Source of the DNA: Elainellaceae cyanobacterium
GTDB lineage: Bacteria > Cyanobacteriota > Cyanobacteriia > CAZCXK01
Length of the DNA stretch: 46,071 bases
NCBI GenBank assembly: GCA_051117555.1
Contig: JBNPEG010000083.1
Location: 1-46,071, forward strand
Reading direction: 5' to 3'
A program made the position numbers and the translations under genes. Numbering within the stretch: the stretch's first letter is position 1; each line of letters opens with the position of its first letter. The notes under the pieces were generated by a model. That model did not search any database. It saw only the letters and a list, made by a program, of their open reading frames with translations, and was not told the DNA's origin. Positions 1 to 9,976 of the stretch are shown here, one piece after another.

Positions 1-1
1 A

Positions 2-121
2 GTGCTAGAAGCCGCTTTGGCAGATGTTTTAGTGACACTGTTGTTAGCCGATATCGAACGAAAACGTTCCTTGTTGCAACAGCAGGGAATTGAAGTTCAA
101 ATTACCAGGTGCAAGATATGA
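2..121 (+). CDS. 3' end of an unidentified protein (partial, runs off the window start)
   Basis: Open frame from position 2 (VLEAALADVLVTLLLADIERKRSLLQQQGIEVQITRCKI) ending at TGA 119-121; family not recognised. Confidence 0.5.
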   Translation: MLEAALADVLVTLLLADIERKRSLLQQQGIEVQITRCKI

Positions 122-295
122 GTATATGAATATTCTTACGAATATGTCTAGTGAATGATATCTGTGAATAGGTCTAGGATGAATCTAGACCGCATCGTTT
201 GTGAATTGCCGAACTTTTGCACACTCGCGAATTATTTCTTCCTGGATATTTAGGTATAACAATCCCAGCTTTTGTGTTTGCCATCGTTTAGGCTG

Positions 296-1990
296 ATGAA
301 TCAATCGAATCAATCATTGAAACCAGGTAGATGCAACACGCCGATTGAGACGGCAAATGTGATCATTGCTCGACTTCATGAGCAGCGTGATCGATGGGTT
401 GAAACTGACATTCAAGAGCGTCTTCTGACATTGCGGCAATGTCTGACCAACGTGCATCGCGTGGCTGATACTTGGGTCAAGGTGGTGGGTCACACTAAGG
501 GCATTCCAGCCGGGGCGGCACTCGAAGGAGAGGTGTGGATGACCGGACCGTCTGCCGTCCTCCGAAATTTACGGCTCTTGATTCATGCGCTAGAAGCGGG
601 GGGGCAGCCACAACCCAAGCGGATTCAGACTCGTTCAGACGGGCGAGCGATCGCCCATGTCTTTCCTGATACCTGGATTGATCGCGTGTCGTTGCTAGGA
701 TACACCGCTGAAATTTGGATCGAGCCGGGGCGATCGCCCTCTCAAGGTGCGTCGTATCGTCATCCGCCTGAACGGGGTCGGGTGGGGCTTGTGTTAGGGG
801 CAGGCAATATTTCTTCGATTGGCCCCATGGATGCGCTCTACAAACTATTTGCGGAGCATCAGGTGGTGATTCTCAAAATGCATCCCCTCCTCAATGCCCT
901 GGGCGCTGTGATTGAAACTGCCTTTCAGCCGCTGATTGAGAGGTCTGTTTTGGTGGTGGTCTATGGAGGTGGGGAGTTGGGGCAGTATCTCTGCCATCAT
1001 CCACAGGTGGATGCGATTCACATTACGGGATCGCATCATACGCACGATTGCATCGTTTGGGGAAGTTCGTCGACAGACCAGCGCGATCGCCGTTCTCGTC
1101 AGGCTCCTGCCTTGACCAAACCGATTACCTCGGAGTTGGGATGTGTAACCCCTATTCTGGTTGTTCCGGGAGAATGGACGCCATCCGATCTAGAGTTTCA
1201 AGCGCAGCATGTCGCCAATATGCTGGTTCACAATGCCAGCTTCAACTGCGTTGCCGGTAAAGTGGTGGTGATGGCCCAAGGATGGGCTCAGCGTGCCGAC
1301 TTTTTAGATTGCCTGCATCGGGCGATCGCCCATATGCCACCTCGTCCGAGTTACTATCCAGGTGCATTTCAGCGCTATCAAGCATTTCTAGATTGCTATC
1401 CCCAGGCAATTCTGCTTGGATCTGCCGCAGACGGCTGCATTCCGTGGACAGTGATCCCAGACGTGATGCCTAAAAAAGAGGAGTATGCTCTCTCCCATGA
1501 AGCATTTTGCGGAGTTTTGGCAGAGGTGACACTGGATGTCGATCATCCGGCTGATTTTCTTGAACGCGCGGTCACGTTTGTGAATCAGACTGTCTGGGGA
1601 AATCTTTCGTGCTCACTGTTGATTGATCCCAAAACAGCCACTCGATATACGGACGAACTAGAGGAGGCGATCGCCGAGTTACGCTACGGCACGATTGCCC
1701 TCAATACCTGGCCCGGGCTTGCCTATTCTCTGGGAGTGCTCCCGTGGGGCGCATTTCCAGGCAATCCGTTAGATGACATTGAATCGGGGCAAGGGGGCGT
1801 ACACAACGCGTATCTGTTTGACCATCCTCAAAAATCTGTCTTACGAGCCCCATTTCGGGTGTTGAGCACGCCCTTTTGGTTTACTAACCACCGCAATCTC
1901 CGGCAGGTGGGTCAACGCCTGACGGCTCTAGAAGCGAAGCAAAACTGGGCAAACTTCATCAAATTGGCGATCGCTGCAATTCCTGGCTAA
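296..1990 (+). CDS. Aldehyde dehydrogenase family protein (divergent)
   Basis: ITGS nucleotide-binding motif, catalytic Glu in TSELG, catalytic Cys in ASFNC, HEAFCG motif; ATG at 296 preferred over TTG at 272. Confidence 0.85.
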   Translation: MNQSNQSLKPGRCNTPIETANVIIARLHEQRDRWVETDIQERLLTLRQCLTNVHRVADTWVKVVGHTKGIPAGAALEGEVWMTGPSAVLRNLRLLIHALEAGGQPQPKRIQTRSDGRAIAHVFPDTWIDRVSLLGYTAEIWIEPGRSPSQGASYRHPPERGRVGLVLGAGNISSIGPMDALYKLFAEHQVVILKMHPLLNALGAVIETAFQPLIERSVLVVVYGGGELGQYLCHHPQVDAIHITGSHHTHDCIVWGSSSTDQRDRRSRQAPALTKPITSELGCVTPILVVPGEWTPSDLEFQAQHVANMLVHNASFNCVAGKVVVMAQGWAQRADFLDCLHRAIAHMPPRPSYYPGAFQRYQAFLDCYPQAILLGSAADGCIPWTVIPDVMPKKEEYALSHEAFCGVLAEVTLDVDHPADFLERAVTFVNQTVWGNLSCSLLIDPKTATRYTDELEEAIAELRYGTIALNTWPGLAYSLGVLPWGAFPGNPLDDIESGQGGVHNAYLFDHPQKSVLRAPFRVLSTPFWFTNHRNLRQVGQRLTALEAKQNWANFIKLAIAAIPG

Positions 1991-1998
1991 GTCTCGTC

Positions 1999-3271
1999 TT
2001 AGCGCGTTTCACTCCCCATCGCTTTCCCTGCTAGCCATCCAGTTGTCCAAGCACTCTGGAAATTAAATCCTCCAGTCACTCCGTCGATATCCAAAATTTC
2101 TCCTGCGACATAAAGCCCAGGGCAGCAGCGACTTGCCATCGTCTTAAAATTAACCTCGTTGAGTCGAATCCCGCCGCAGGTGACAAATTCTTCCTTAAAT
2201 ACGCCTTTACCAACCACAGGATATTGACTTCGAACTAGTTCTTGAACAAGCTGATGGGCTGATTTTTTTGATAGATTGGCCCAGCGCTGCTCCTCACTAC
2301 CCACCTGTGGTAAAACGCTCGCTCGCCTGTAATAAGTATTGCCAGAGTCGCCGTGGGAGAGGCAATGGACAGTGTGAGGCGATCGCCCGACGAGACATCT
2401 CTGTTCGGGCATTTGAAATCATCTGCTGCACCCGTTCAGTCGAGTGCTGAGGGAGCCAGTTAATCTCGAAGGTGGCACGATAGCGCTGCTGATGCAGGAG
2501 GCGAGCTCCCCACGCCGACAGTTTCAGTGCCACGGGGCCGCTAAATCCCCAATGGGTAATTAACAAGGCGCCCGTTTGCTCCACAGGTTTATGGCCTGAA
2601 ATCACTAATCGGCCGCGAACCGGATTAATCGATACACCTGCCCGCGCATGCAGGTCGGCATCCGCCACTTTAAGCGTGAACAAGGATGGGACGGGAGCCT
2701 CAATCGAGTGCCCCAATGATTGAGCAAGTCGGTATCCTGTAGGGCTACTGCCCGTTGCCAACAACAGGCGATCGCAGCATACCTGTTCTCCCGATTTCAA
2801 GATGATCCGAAAGCCATTATCTGCTCGATCAGCGGAACGAACAGGAGCATCGAGGCGGATATTGACCCCAGCTTGATGAGCCGCCTGCATCAAGCAATCA
2901 GCAATCGTGGCAGAATCATCGGTCACCGGAAACATGCGTCCGTCAGCCTCGGTTTTAAGCGCCACGCCTCGCTGATTAAACCAATTCACCGTGTCGCGAG
3001 GCTGAAAGCGGCTAAATGCTCCTCTGAGTGCTTTTCCGCCTCGCGGATAGTGACTCACCAACAGTCCAGAATCAAAACAGGCATGCGTGACGTTGCATCG
3101 CCCTCCGCCCGAAATGCGCACCTTGGTGAGCGCTTGACGGCTCGCCTCTAGCAGCGTGACCTGTGCCTGAGGATTGGCTTCAGCACAGGCGATCGCGCCG
3201 AAGAATCCTGCCGCCCCGCCGCCAATAATCACAAATTGAAGCTGTTTGGTGAATACCCCTACTTTTGTCAA
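1999..3271 (-). pseudogene. HI0933/BaiN/YhiN-family NAD(P)/FAD-dependent oxidoreductase split by a +1 frameshift near 2326-2327
   Basis: N-terminal part (IIGGGAAG, KVRISGGGRCNVT, LLATG, LITHWGFSGP) in ORF 2297-3271; C-terminal part (EEFVTCGG, GLYVAGEILDIDGVTGGFNFQSAW) in ORF 1999-2412. Removing one base rejoins them. Could be a sequencing error. Confidence 0.85.
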
Positions 3272-3530
3272 CGTCGTCTACCTTCGTAACCCACTTACTC
3301 AAACCCGTCTCACTCCACACAGCGATCCAATCCGCTTCGATGTCTGATTGGATTTTTCAGTCAGTCCATCGGATTCCATCTCAGTTCATCGGAATTTTAC
3401 AAAAGCTTCATCAAAATTGAACAAAAAGTGCAACCCCGTAAAGTTCCTGGGGCATACTATAGCTAAGCAAGAATACGTAGTCTTCCACGTCCCATTCTTT
3501 CACGCCTTATTCAGTCAACATTTAGTCAAC

Positions 3531-3560
3531 GCGATTAAATGCGATTAAACGCGATTAAAC
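3531..3560 (+). repeat. 10-bp tandem repeat (GCGATTAAAY x3) upstream of ebsA
   Basis: gcgattaaat gcgattaaac gcgattaaac read directly. Confidence 0.8.
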
Positions 3561-3586
3561 GCTCAGTTTCTCAGGAACGGTTCAGC

Positions 3587-3961
3587 ATGGCTCTCGACAA
3601 ACTACACCCTGCAAACCCTCGTGACGTCAATGTGTATACGCCTTACTACCAAGGCAGAAAGAGAAACGCACTGCCTTTTGCAATTAGCTTATATCAGCGT
3701 GGCAATTTAGAAGGAAACCGTAATATTGAAGGCGGAGAGAGTATTCCATTTGTTGCAACGTGGAATGTGTCTTCGCTACCAGCCGATTTAACGCGCTGTC
3801 GCATCCAGTTTGATGGTAATGCAGAGTTGAGCTACGAAATGACGCTGGCAAATTTTGAATTTATCGATTTTCTGATTGATGTCATTTTTAACGTCAAGGC
3901 GAGCCGAATCACAGATTTTTCTCAGCCATTTTACCGAAAACTTCTCCGATTGGATGATTAA
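3587..3961 (+). CDS. ebsA: Type IV pilus biogenesis / biofilm suppression protein EbsA
   Basis: VNVYxPYY..KR..LP.AISLY..G.LEG.R.IEGGESIPF.ATW...LP.DLTRCR.QFDG.AELSYE pattern of cyanobacterial EbsA; ATG at 3587. Confidence 0.85.
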   Translation: MALDKLHPANPRDVNVYTPYYQGRKRNALPFAISLYQRGNLEGNRNIEGGESIPFVATWNVSSLPADLTRCRIQFDGNAELSYEMTLANFEFIDFLIDVIFNVKASRITDFSQPFYRKLLRLDD

Positions 3962-4152
3962 CCCAGCGACCTCTGCAAAACTAAGTTGCAAAATCCTTAA
4001 AATTGGTGCAATAAATTTACTGGAAGCAGCATTGGTTAAATCTGGATTTGAGGCGAGTCGTTTGCGTCTCCCTTACAATGGTGACCAAACAATCATGACC
4101 AGTAAGGTTAGACTGGTTAGACTGTAAGACTATTTTCTGAGGAGTTGGGGGC

Positions 4153-5244
4153 GTGCCACAGTCCGCGAAGCATTTAGTTATCGGTTCAACAGAGGCTTAC
4201 AGCGGTAAGTCAGCGACAATTCTAGGAATTGGGAATCATTTAAAAGCTAGCGGACTCGATATTGCGTATGGAAAGCCTTTGGGGACCTGCCTAAGCGAGT
4301 CTGATGCTGATGATATCGACGAAGATGTGCGGTTTGTCGCTCGCACGCTAAAGCTGCCTGAGAATCACTTACTTCCCACTATTCTCTCGTTAGATGGCGA
4401 AAGCATCGCTCGCCGCATCGCAGGCAATGATTCAGTCGACTATCAGCACTCACTTGAGCACTATCTAAATCTTCAGGGAAATGATCTTGCTCTCTTAGAA
4501 GGCCCTGGTACGTTGGACGAGGGAACGTTATTCGACTTGTCATTGGGCCACATTGCGAAAACTCTGGATGCTCCTGTGCTTCTTGTCGCTCGATTTCATT
4601 CGGTGCTCACTGTCGATGCTTTGTTATGCGCCAAGCAGCGTTTGGGACACCATTTGATTGGTGCCGTGATTAATGACATTCCTCCCGATCGGTGGGACGA
4701 TGCCCATGCCATCATGCGTCCGTTTCTAGAACAGCAGGATATTCCGATTTTTAGCCTGCTTCCTCGAAGTGATCTATTGCGGAGCGTCAGCGTTGGAGAA
4801 TTGGTGAACCAACTCGAGGCAGAGGTGATCTGCTGCTCTAACCGCCTGGATTTATTAGTTGAAAGTTTGAAGATTGGTGCGATGAATGTTAATTCTGCAC
4901 TGAAGTATTTTCGTAAGGCTCGCAATATGGCCGTCGTCACGGGGGGCGATCGCACAGACATTCAATTGGCTGCACTCGAAACCTCGACTCACTGCTTAAT
5001 TTTAACCGGTCATATCGGTCCATCCACCACCGTGTTGAACCGCGCTGAAGATTTAGAGATTCCGATTCTTTCGGTCGATTTAGATACGCTAACAACAGTG
5101 GAGATTGTCGATCGCACGTTTGGTCAAGTTAGGCTACATGAACCGATGAAACTTGAATGCATCTACGAAATGATGAGCGAGCATTTTAACTTTGATCGGC
5201 TCATGAATCTGCTAAAGCTTGAGTTGCCGGTTGCAGCGCCCTAG
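4153..5244 (+). CDS. BioD-like N-terminal / DRTGG-domain phosphotransacetylase-family protein
   Basis: STEAYSGKS P-loop-like motif, YGKP, LLEGPG, VVTGGDRTD (DRTGG); no PTA catalytic domain; GGAG upstream of GTG. Confidence 0.85.
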   Translation: MPQSAKHLVIGSTEAYSGKSATILGIGNHLKASGLDIAYGKPLGTCLSESDADDIDEDVRFVARTLKLPENHLLPTILSLDGESIARRIAGNDSVDYQHSLEHYLNLQGNDLALLEGPGTLDEGTLFDLSLGHIAKTLDAPVLLVARFHSVLTVDALLCAKQRLGHHLIGAVINDIPPDRWDDAHAIMRPFLEQQDIPIFSLLPRSDLLRSVSVGELVNQLEAEVICCSNRLDLLVESLKIGAMNVNSALKYFRKARNMAVVTGGDRTDIQLAALETSTHCLILTGHIGPSTTVLNRAEDLEIPILSVDLDTLTTVEIVDRTFGQVRLHEPMKLECIYEMMSEHFNFDRLMNLLKLELPVAAP

Positions 5245-5359
5245 CATTTCAAATCTTGGGACAGCGCCCAGGCAAGTTTCCTAATCAGTAGGGACAGTCG
5301 CGGATTATTTGCCTCCTGTGATTTGCCTCCTGTTTATTTGACTCAAACTCGCCTGCCTG

Positions 5360-6445
5360 TTAAAAATCAATATCTTGATTGGAATCCTGATCCCCTGCAT
5401 CTTCATTGCCATTTGAATCAGCCGATCGGGCAATCGGCAATCCACCCAACTCTAGCTTTTCCCGAACCTGGCGATCGATATCTTTCGCAAATTCTGGATT
5501 GTCCTTCAAATATTTGATGGCATTATCTCGGCCTTGAGAAATGTTGTCGCCATTGTAGCTGTACCACGCACCTCGACGAGTAATGACGCCTGTTTCTTCT
5601 GCTAAGTCGACGATGCAGCCCATTGAAGAAATCCCTTCGCCGAAGATGACATCAAATTCTGCAATGCGAAAGGGGGGCGCGACCTTGTTTTTCGCAACTT
5701 TCACTTTTGCACGAATGCCGTATTCTTCCGTTCCTTTCTTCAGCGTCTGAATTCGGCGGATATCCAATCGAACTGAGGCGTAGAATTTTAATGCGTTACC
5801 GCCTGTCGTCGTTTCTGGATTACCGTAAGAAATGCCGATCTTTTGGCGGAGTTGGTTGAGAAACACGACGCTACAGCCTGTTTTGCCGATATTCCCAGTA
5901 ATTTTGCGGAGAGCTTGACTCATAAGGCGGGCTTGCAAGCCCACGTGAGTATCTCCCATTTCACCCTCGATCTCAGCACGTGGCACTAACGCTGCCACTG
6001 AATCGACCACGACCACGTCAATCGCAGTCGATCGAATGAGCTGATCGACGATTTCCAGTGCAGCTTCTCCGGTATCCGGTTGAGACACTAGCAGATTTTC
6101 GACATCGACGCCTAGAGCAGCAGCATAGGTTGGATCGAGAGCGTGTTCAGCATCAACGAAGGCAGCAATGCCGCCCATTTTTTGAACTTCGGCGATCGCA
6201 TGGAGTGCAACCGTCGTTTTCCCTGAGCTTTCTGGACCATAGATTTCGATTACCCTGCCTTTAGGCAAACCGCCACCTAGCGCTAGGTCGAGAGTCAGAG
6301 CCCCCGTTGGGATTGTTTCTACCCTCATACGGGTCGCATCACCCAACCGCATAATAGTTCCTTTGCCAAAGGTGCGATCGATTTGGGTAAGTACCAAATT
6401 CAGAGCTTTTGTCTTTTCAGACGTTTCATTGGTCGCTTTAGCCAT
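5360..6445 (-). CDS. recA: Recombinase A
   Basis: GPESSGKTT Walker [35 protein letters not shown]. Confidence 0.99.
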   Translation of the reverse strand: MAKATNETSEKTKALNLVLTQIDRTFGKGTIMRLGDATRMRVETIPTGALTLDLALGGGLPKGRVIEIYGPESSGKTTVALHAIAEVQKMGGIAAFVDAEHALDPTYAAALGVDVENLLVSQPDTGEAALEIVDQLIRSTAIDVVVVDSVAALVPRAEIEGEMGDTHVGLQARLMSQALRKITGNIGKTGCSVVFLNQLRQKIGISYGNPETTTGGNALKFYASVRLDIRRIQTLKKGTEEYGIRAKVKVAKNKVAPPFRIAEFDVIFGEGISSMGCIVDLAEETGVITRRGAWYSYNGDNISQGRDNAIKYLKDNPEFAKDIDRQVREKLELGGLPIARSADSNGNEDAGDQDSNQDIDF

Positions 6446-6818
6446 CAGTGCCTCAAGATGAGATTAGTAAACAGCCGGATTCAGAGAGTCGAAAACCAAC
6501 GAATAGAAACATTAACGCATTTTCAGACAATATTGCCCGTTGAGATTACGTAAATTTGACGTCACCTCGTTCGAGGTTGGTGTCTTCCATCGTGTCGATT
6601 GGTGTTAGAAGGACCACAGGTGCCAGACGAGCAATTTGACATAATGCAATTAAGCTTACTGTCTCATAGGCATACGTATGATTAATCTGGAGAGAGCCAA
6701 TCAATCCCAATCCCGATGAGTGGCCCGTTAAAGCAGCCAGTTAAAGCAACTCGTTATCGATGTATTGGGCTTTAGGCGTATCGGGGTCATAGATTTAGAA
6801 TTGATTTGGGATCTCTGT

Positions 6819-6838
6819 ATTATACAAACAAATGTACT
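6819..6838 (-). promoter_or_regulatory. Putative recA promoter: LexA-box-like AGTACATTTGTTTG abutting extended -10 TG-TATAAT
   Basis: Minus strand reads AGTACATTTGTTTGTATAAT; resembles the cyanobacterial LexA consensus RGTACNNNDGTWCB with one mismatch. Confidence 0.55.
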
Positions 6839-6965
6839 ATCTAATTTAGAAAACCGCTAGACTGAATAACAAATGATTTTTTTAATGATTGTCTCCGACC
6901 TGATGCTTTTTAAGATACTTTTCAACAGGGGATGTCGTCTCAGTAATTTTGACTAATTTGACTCC

Positions 6966-8246
6966 ATGTCATCTAATCTCCAGTCATCTGCAAATCAGTT
7001 TGTTAGTCCGGAGGCGACCCTGTCTGTGGCAGGGTTGACGCTGTATATTCAAGGATTGTTGGAGGACGATCCGCAATTGCAGCAAGTCTGGGTCACTGGA
7101 GAAGTATCGAGCGCCAGCCGATATCGGAGCGGTTTGTTTTTTACACTACAAGATCCTGACCAAAAAGCGGCGATTAGCTGCGTGATCTGGAATAACCAAA
7201 TCGGCAGGCTAGCGACCGTCCCGGTTCCGGGAGAACAGTTCATCATTTTAGGCCGGGTTCATGTTCACCGGAAGCGAGGAACCTATCAGCTTATCGTTTG
7301 GCAAGCATTGCCCGCCGGGGAAGGGCTTCGAGCCATTCGCTATCGACAGTTACGAAAGCGGCTCGAAGCAGAAGGGCTCTTTGCATCCGAGCGAAAGCGC
7401 CCTCTCCCTCTCTATCCACGAACAATCGCTGTGGTCACATCCCCTCAGGCAGCCGCTTGGGGAGATATTCAGCGAACGCTGAGACGGCGATATCCGGGTC
7501 TACATGTGCTGTTTTCGCCCGCTTTGGTACAGGGTGATCAGGCTCCAATGTCAATTTCGCGGGCGGTTGCTCGTGTGGTTAGAGATCAACGGGCAGAGAT
7601 GTTGATTTTGTCACGCGGGGGGGGAGCCACTGAAGATATGGATTGTTTTAATGATGAACGGGTAGTCAGGGCGATCGCCCTCTGCCCGATTCCAGTGGTT
7701 GCAGGGATTGGGCACCAGCGAGATGAATCGCTTGCAGATTTAGTAGCTGATGTCTGCGCTCATACGCCGACTGCGGCGGCTGAGCAGTCGATTCCGCGAT
7801 TAGCAGATTTGTATAGCGAACATCAAGATCGGGCCAGGGCCTTGCGTCATGCGCTCCAACATCAGCTCAATACGGCCTATGATGTCCATGCTCGAATTCG
7901 TGAGCGGCTGCGGCGACTCCAGCTCGACCAACATATTCGACAAGAGACTCAATCAGTAGATTGGTTGCGTCAGCGCTTGATTCAAACGATCACTCGTGAA
8001 ATGCGCCAAGCGACTCAGCAGTGCCAGTTGCTTCACCAAAAACTAGATACCTTAAATCCGGACGCTGTCCTGCGTCGTGGATATGCGTTGGTGCGACAGA
8101 CCGACAATGGCGCGATCGCGCGATCGGCGTCTGACTTGACTCCAGGCCAAGAGCTACATATCCAGCTTGCTCAAGGACAGCTTAACGTAACGGTCTCCAG
8201 AATCCTTGATACATCCCCAGATCCTAGTTCTTCTCCTAATCTATGA
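6966..8246 (+). CDS. xseA: Exodeoxyribonuclease VII large subunit
   Basis: VWVTGEVS OB-fold, AVVTSPQAAAWGD, LSRGGGATED, GIGHQRD, TPTAAAE, LRRGYA. Confidence 0.97.
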   Translation: MSSNLQSSANQFVSPEATLSVAGLTLYIQGLLEDDPQLQQVWVTGEVSSASRYRSGLFFTLQDPDQKAAISCVIWNNQIGRLATVPVPGEQFIILGRVHVHRKRGTYQLIVWQALPAGEGLRAIRYRQLRKRLEAEGLFASERKRPLPLYPRTIAVVTSPQAAAWGDIQRTLRRRYPGLHVLFSPALVQGDQAPMSISRAVARVVRDQRAEMLILSRGGGATEDMDCFNDERVVRAIALCPIPVVAGIGHQRDESLADLVADVCAHTPTAAAEQSIPRLADLYSEHQDRARALRHALQHQLNTAYDVHARIRERLRRLQLDQHIRQETQSVDWLRQRLIQTITREMRQATQQCQLLHQKLDTLNPDAVLRRGYALVRQTDNGAIARSASDLTPGQELHIQLAQGQLNVTVSRILDTSPDPSSSPNL

Positions 8247-8590
8247 ATGATTTTCCTGTCCCGCCTGATTCAGCGTTCTCGCCTGACCCAGCTTCCGTGA
8301 GTGAGAGATCTACTGAGAGATCTACTGAGAGATCTGGTGAGAATCAGGCGATCGCATCTAATTCGTCTAAGCTGGATTTGCCCCATGATTGGCATTATGA
8401 GGCGACGATTGCCAAAATTGAAGCCATCATCACTCGCATCGAACTCGGGGAGCTTGAACTCAGCGAGGTCTTCGAGCAATTTGAAATTGCTGTTTCGCAA
8501 TTGAGAGAATGCGAGGAATTTTTGGGTCATCATCAGCAACGGATGGATTTATTAATCGAAACGTTGACAGACGATGTGGAAGGATTTTGA
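8243..8590 (+). CDS. xseB: Exodeoxyribonuclease VII small subunit with repeat-extended N-terminus
   Basis: YEATIAKIEAII.RIE.GELEL..VFEQF motif; ATGA overlap with xseA; 12-bp repeat x3 (8302-8337) encodes ERST repeats. Confidence 0.9.
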   Translation: MNDFPVPPDSAFSPDPASVSERSTERSTERSGENQAIASNSSKLDLPHDWHYEATIAKIEAIITRIELGELELSEVFEQFEIAVSQLRECEEFLGHHQQRMDLLIETLTDDVEGF

Positions 8591-8604
8591 GCAATATTGG
8601 GGGG

Positions 8605-9804
8605 CTAGGCAATACTGCCGCGTTTGCGGGCTTCTTTATAGGATGTTCCGATATTTTTGAGCCCGGAGCGGACCATCTGCTGTTCGAGGAGGGCAAAAAA
8701 TCGAGCGCGATCGCCCCCCCTGACAACCGCTTGATTATGAGCCTCTGCTAGCGCAACGGGATAACCGTAGCCTTTTTGAACCTGAGCGATTGTTAGCGTC
8801 AAGGCAGTGTCTAGCAGTGCAGCATCTTTTGCAACCCATTCTGGAAATTCTACCCGCGCAATTTCTGCACCCACATGAACATAGCAAAAGTAAATTCGAT
8901 GCTCGCCGTATTCATCCAAAATACTGGCAGAGCTTTGCCAGAGCGCGCTTCGTCGTCCCGGTTCGAGCAGTAACGACCAGAGCGCCGTATCTCTCAAGGG
9001 CGCGAACACTTGACAGGGAGCCGTTTCGGTATATCCGGGACAGTGGGTTGCGCAGTCAGGAGCGTCATACGGGCAGGTATGCAATCGTAAAAAGTTGAGA
9101 GCTTCGCCGCTGCGAGAGGCGCTGAGATAGCCGACTACGGGAATTCGGGCATTTTTGAGACTAGTCCATGCCTCTAGAATAGGGGGCAGCAGGCGATCGC
9201 ACGCATCAGCAGGCAGTGATTCGAGAAACCAGTAGATCAGTGATCCATCGACCATGGCCAGAGTGGGAGGAGATGCTGTGAAGGATGTAGACGATTGGGG
9301 ATGCAACGATTCGACCAACTCAGCTAATACCACCGCTTCGGATACCGTGCGCCGATAGCCCATCCATTCTTCTGTGCGGATGCCCCACTGACGAGAGATA
9401 TAAAGGTCTTCGGGACGATAAATAATTTCGGGCAAGCTATCGAGCAAGGGGTGGCGGTTTTGCCCGTAGTGCAAAGCCACTCGACCGACATTAATCAGAT
9501 AGCAATACGCAATTTCATGATGGTTAGGGGCAATCTGAGACCCATCTGTGGCAATGACTGTATGCCTGGCGGGCGCCGCCGCAATAGGAATTTGAGTTGT
9601 AAGGGGTTCCATCGGTTCGGCAGCCGTAAAGCCGAGGCGATCGCGCCATTCCTGCTGGCGGTGAATTAAGTCTGCCTGTCGCGGCTGAGCGGATTCGATG
9701 AGCGATCGCGCGATTTCGAGTCGCTTTCGGGCAGCGTCTGCTTCTTGCGTCAGATGGTTGCCAATTCCGCTAATCTGCCGAGCCAGTTTGGTCAGATCGA
9801 GCAT
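8605..9804 (-). CDS. nurA: NurA-domain nuclease
   Basis: ATDGSQI, MVDGSL and GYPVALAEAH motifs of the NurA family; start at MLDLTKL (9804). Confidence 0.88.
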   Translation of the reverse strand: MLDLTKLARQISGIGNHLTQEADAARKRLEIARSLIESAQPRQADLIHRQQEWRDRLGFTAAEPMEPLTTQIPIAAAPARHTVIATDGSQIAPNHHEIAYCYLINVGRVALHYGQNRHPLLDSLPEIIYRPEDLYISRQWGIRTEEWMGYRRTVSEAVVLAELVESLHPQSSTSFTASPPTLAMVDGSLIYWFLESLPADACDRLLPPILEAWTSLKNARIPVVGYLSASRSGEALNFLRLHTCPYDAPDCATHCPGYTETAPCQVFAPLRDTALWSLLLEPGRRSALWQSSASILDEYGEHRIYFCYVHVGAEIARVEFPEWVAKDAALLDTALTLTIAQVQKGYGYPVALAEAHNQAVVRGGDRARFFALLEQQMVRSGLKNIGTSYKEARKRGSIA

Positions 9805-9976
9805 GGTTAATCTCCAGATATGCCGCCACTGGACAGCATCGTAGCGCAATTTAATACATACGTTCTGTTTTATTCGATAACCGTCATCGCCGCAACCCGA
9901 TCGTCCAAACCCGATGATGATTCCGCTTCCCCCTTACAATTGACGAGAAGACCTATCGTGGATTGGACGACCACCT

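Noticed and set aside
121..210. Loose GAAT-periodic repeats after the first partial gene
   Set aside because: Too degenerate to support a functional call
4153..5244. Calling this gene pta (phosphate acetyltransferase)
   Set aside because: Only the BioD-like and DRTGG domains are present; the catalytic PTA domain is absent
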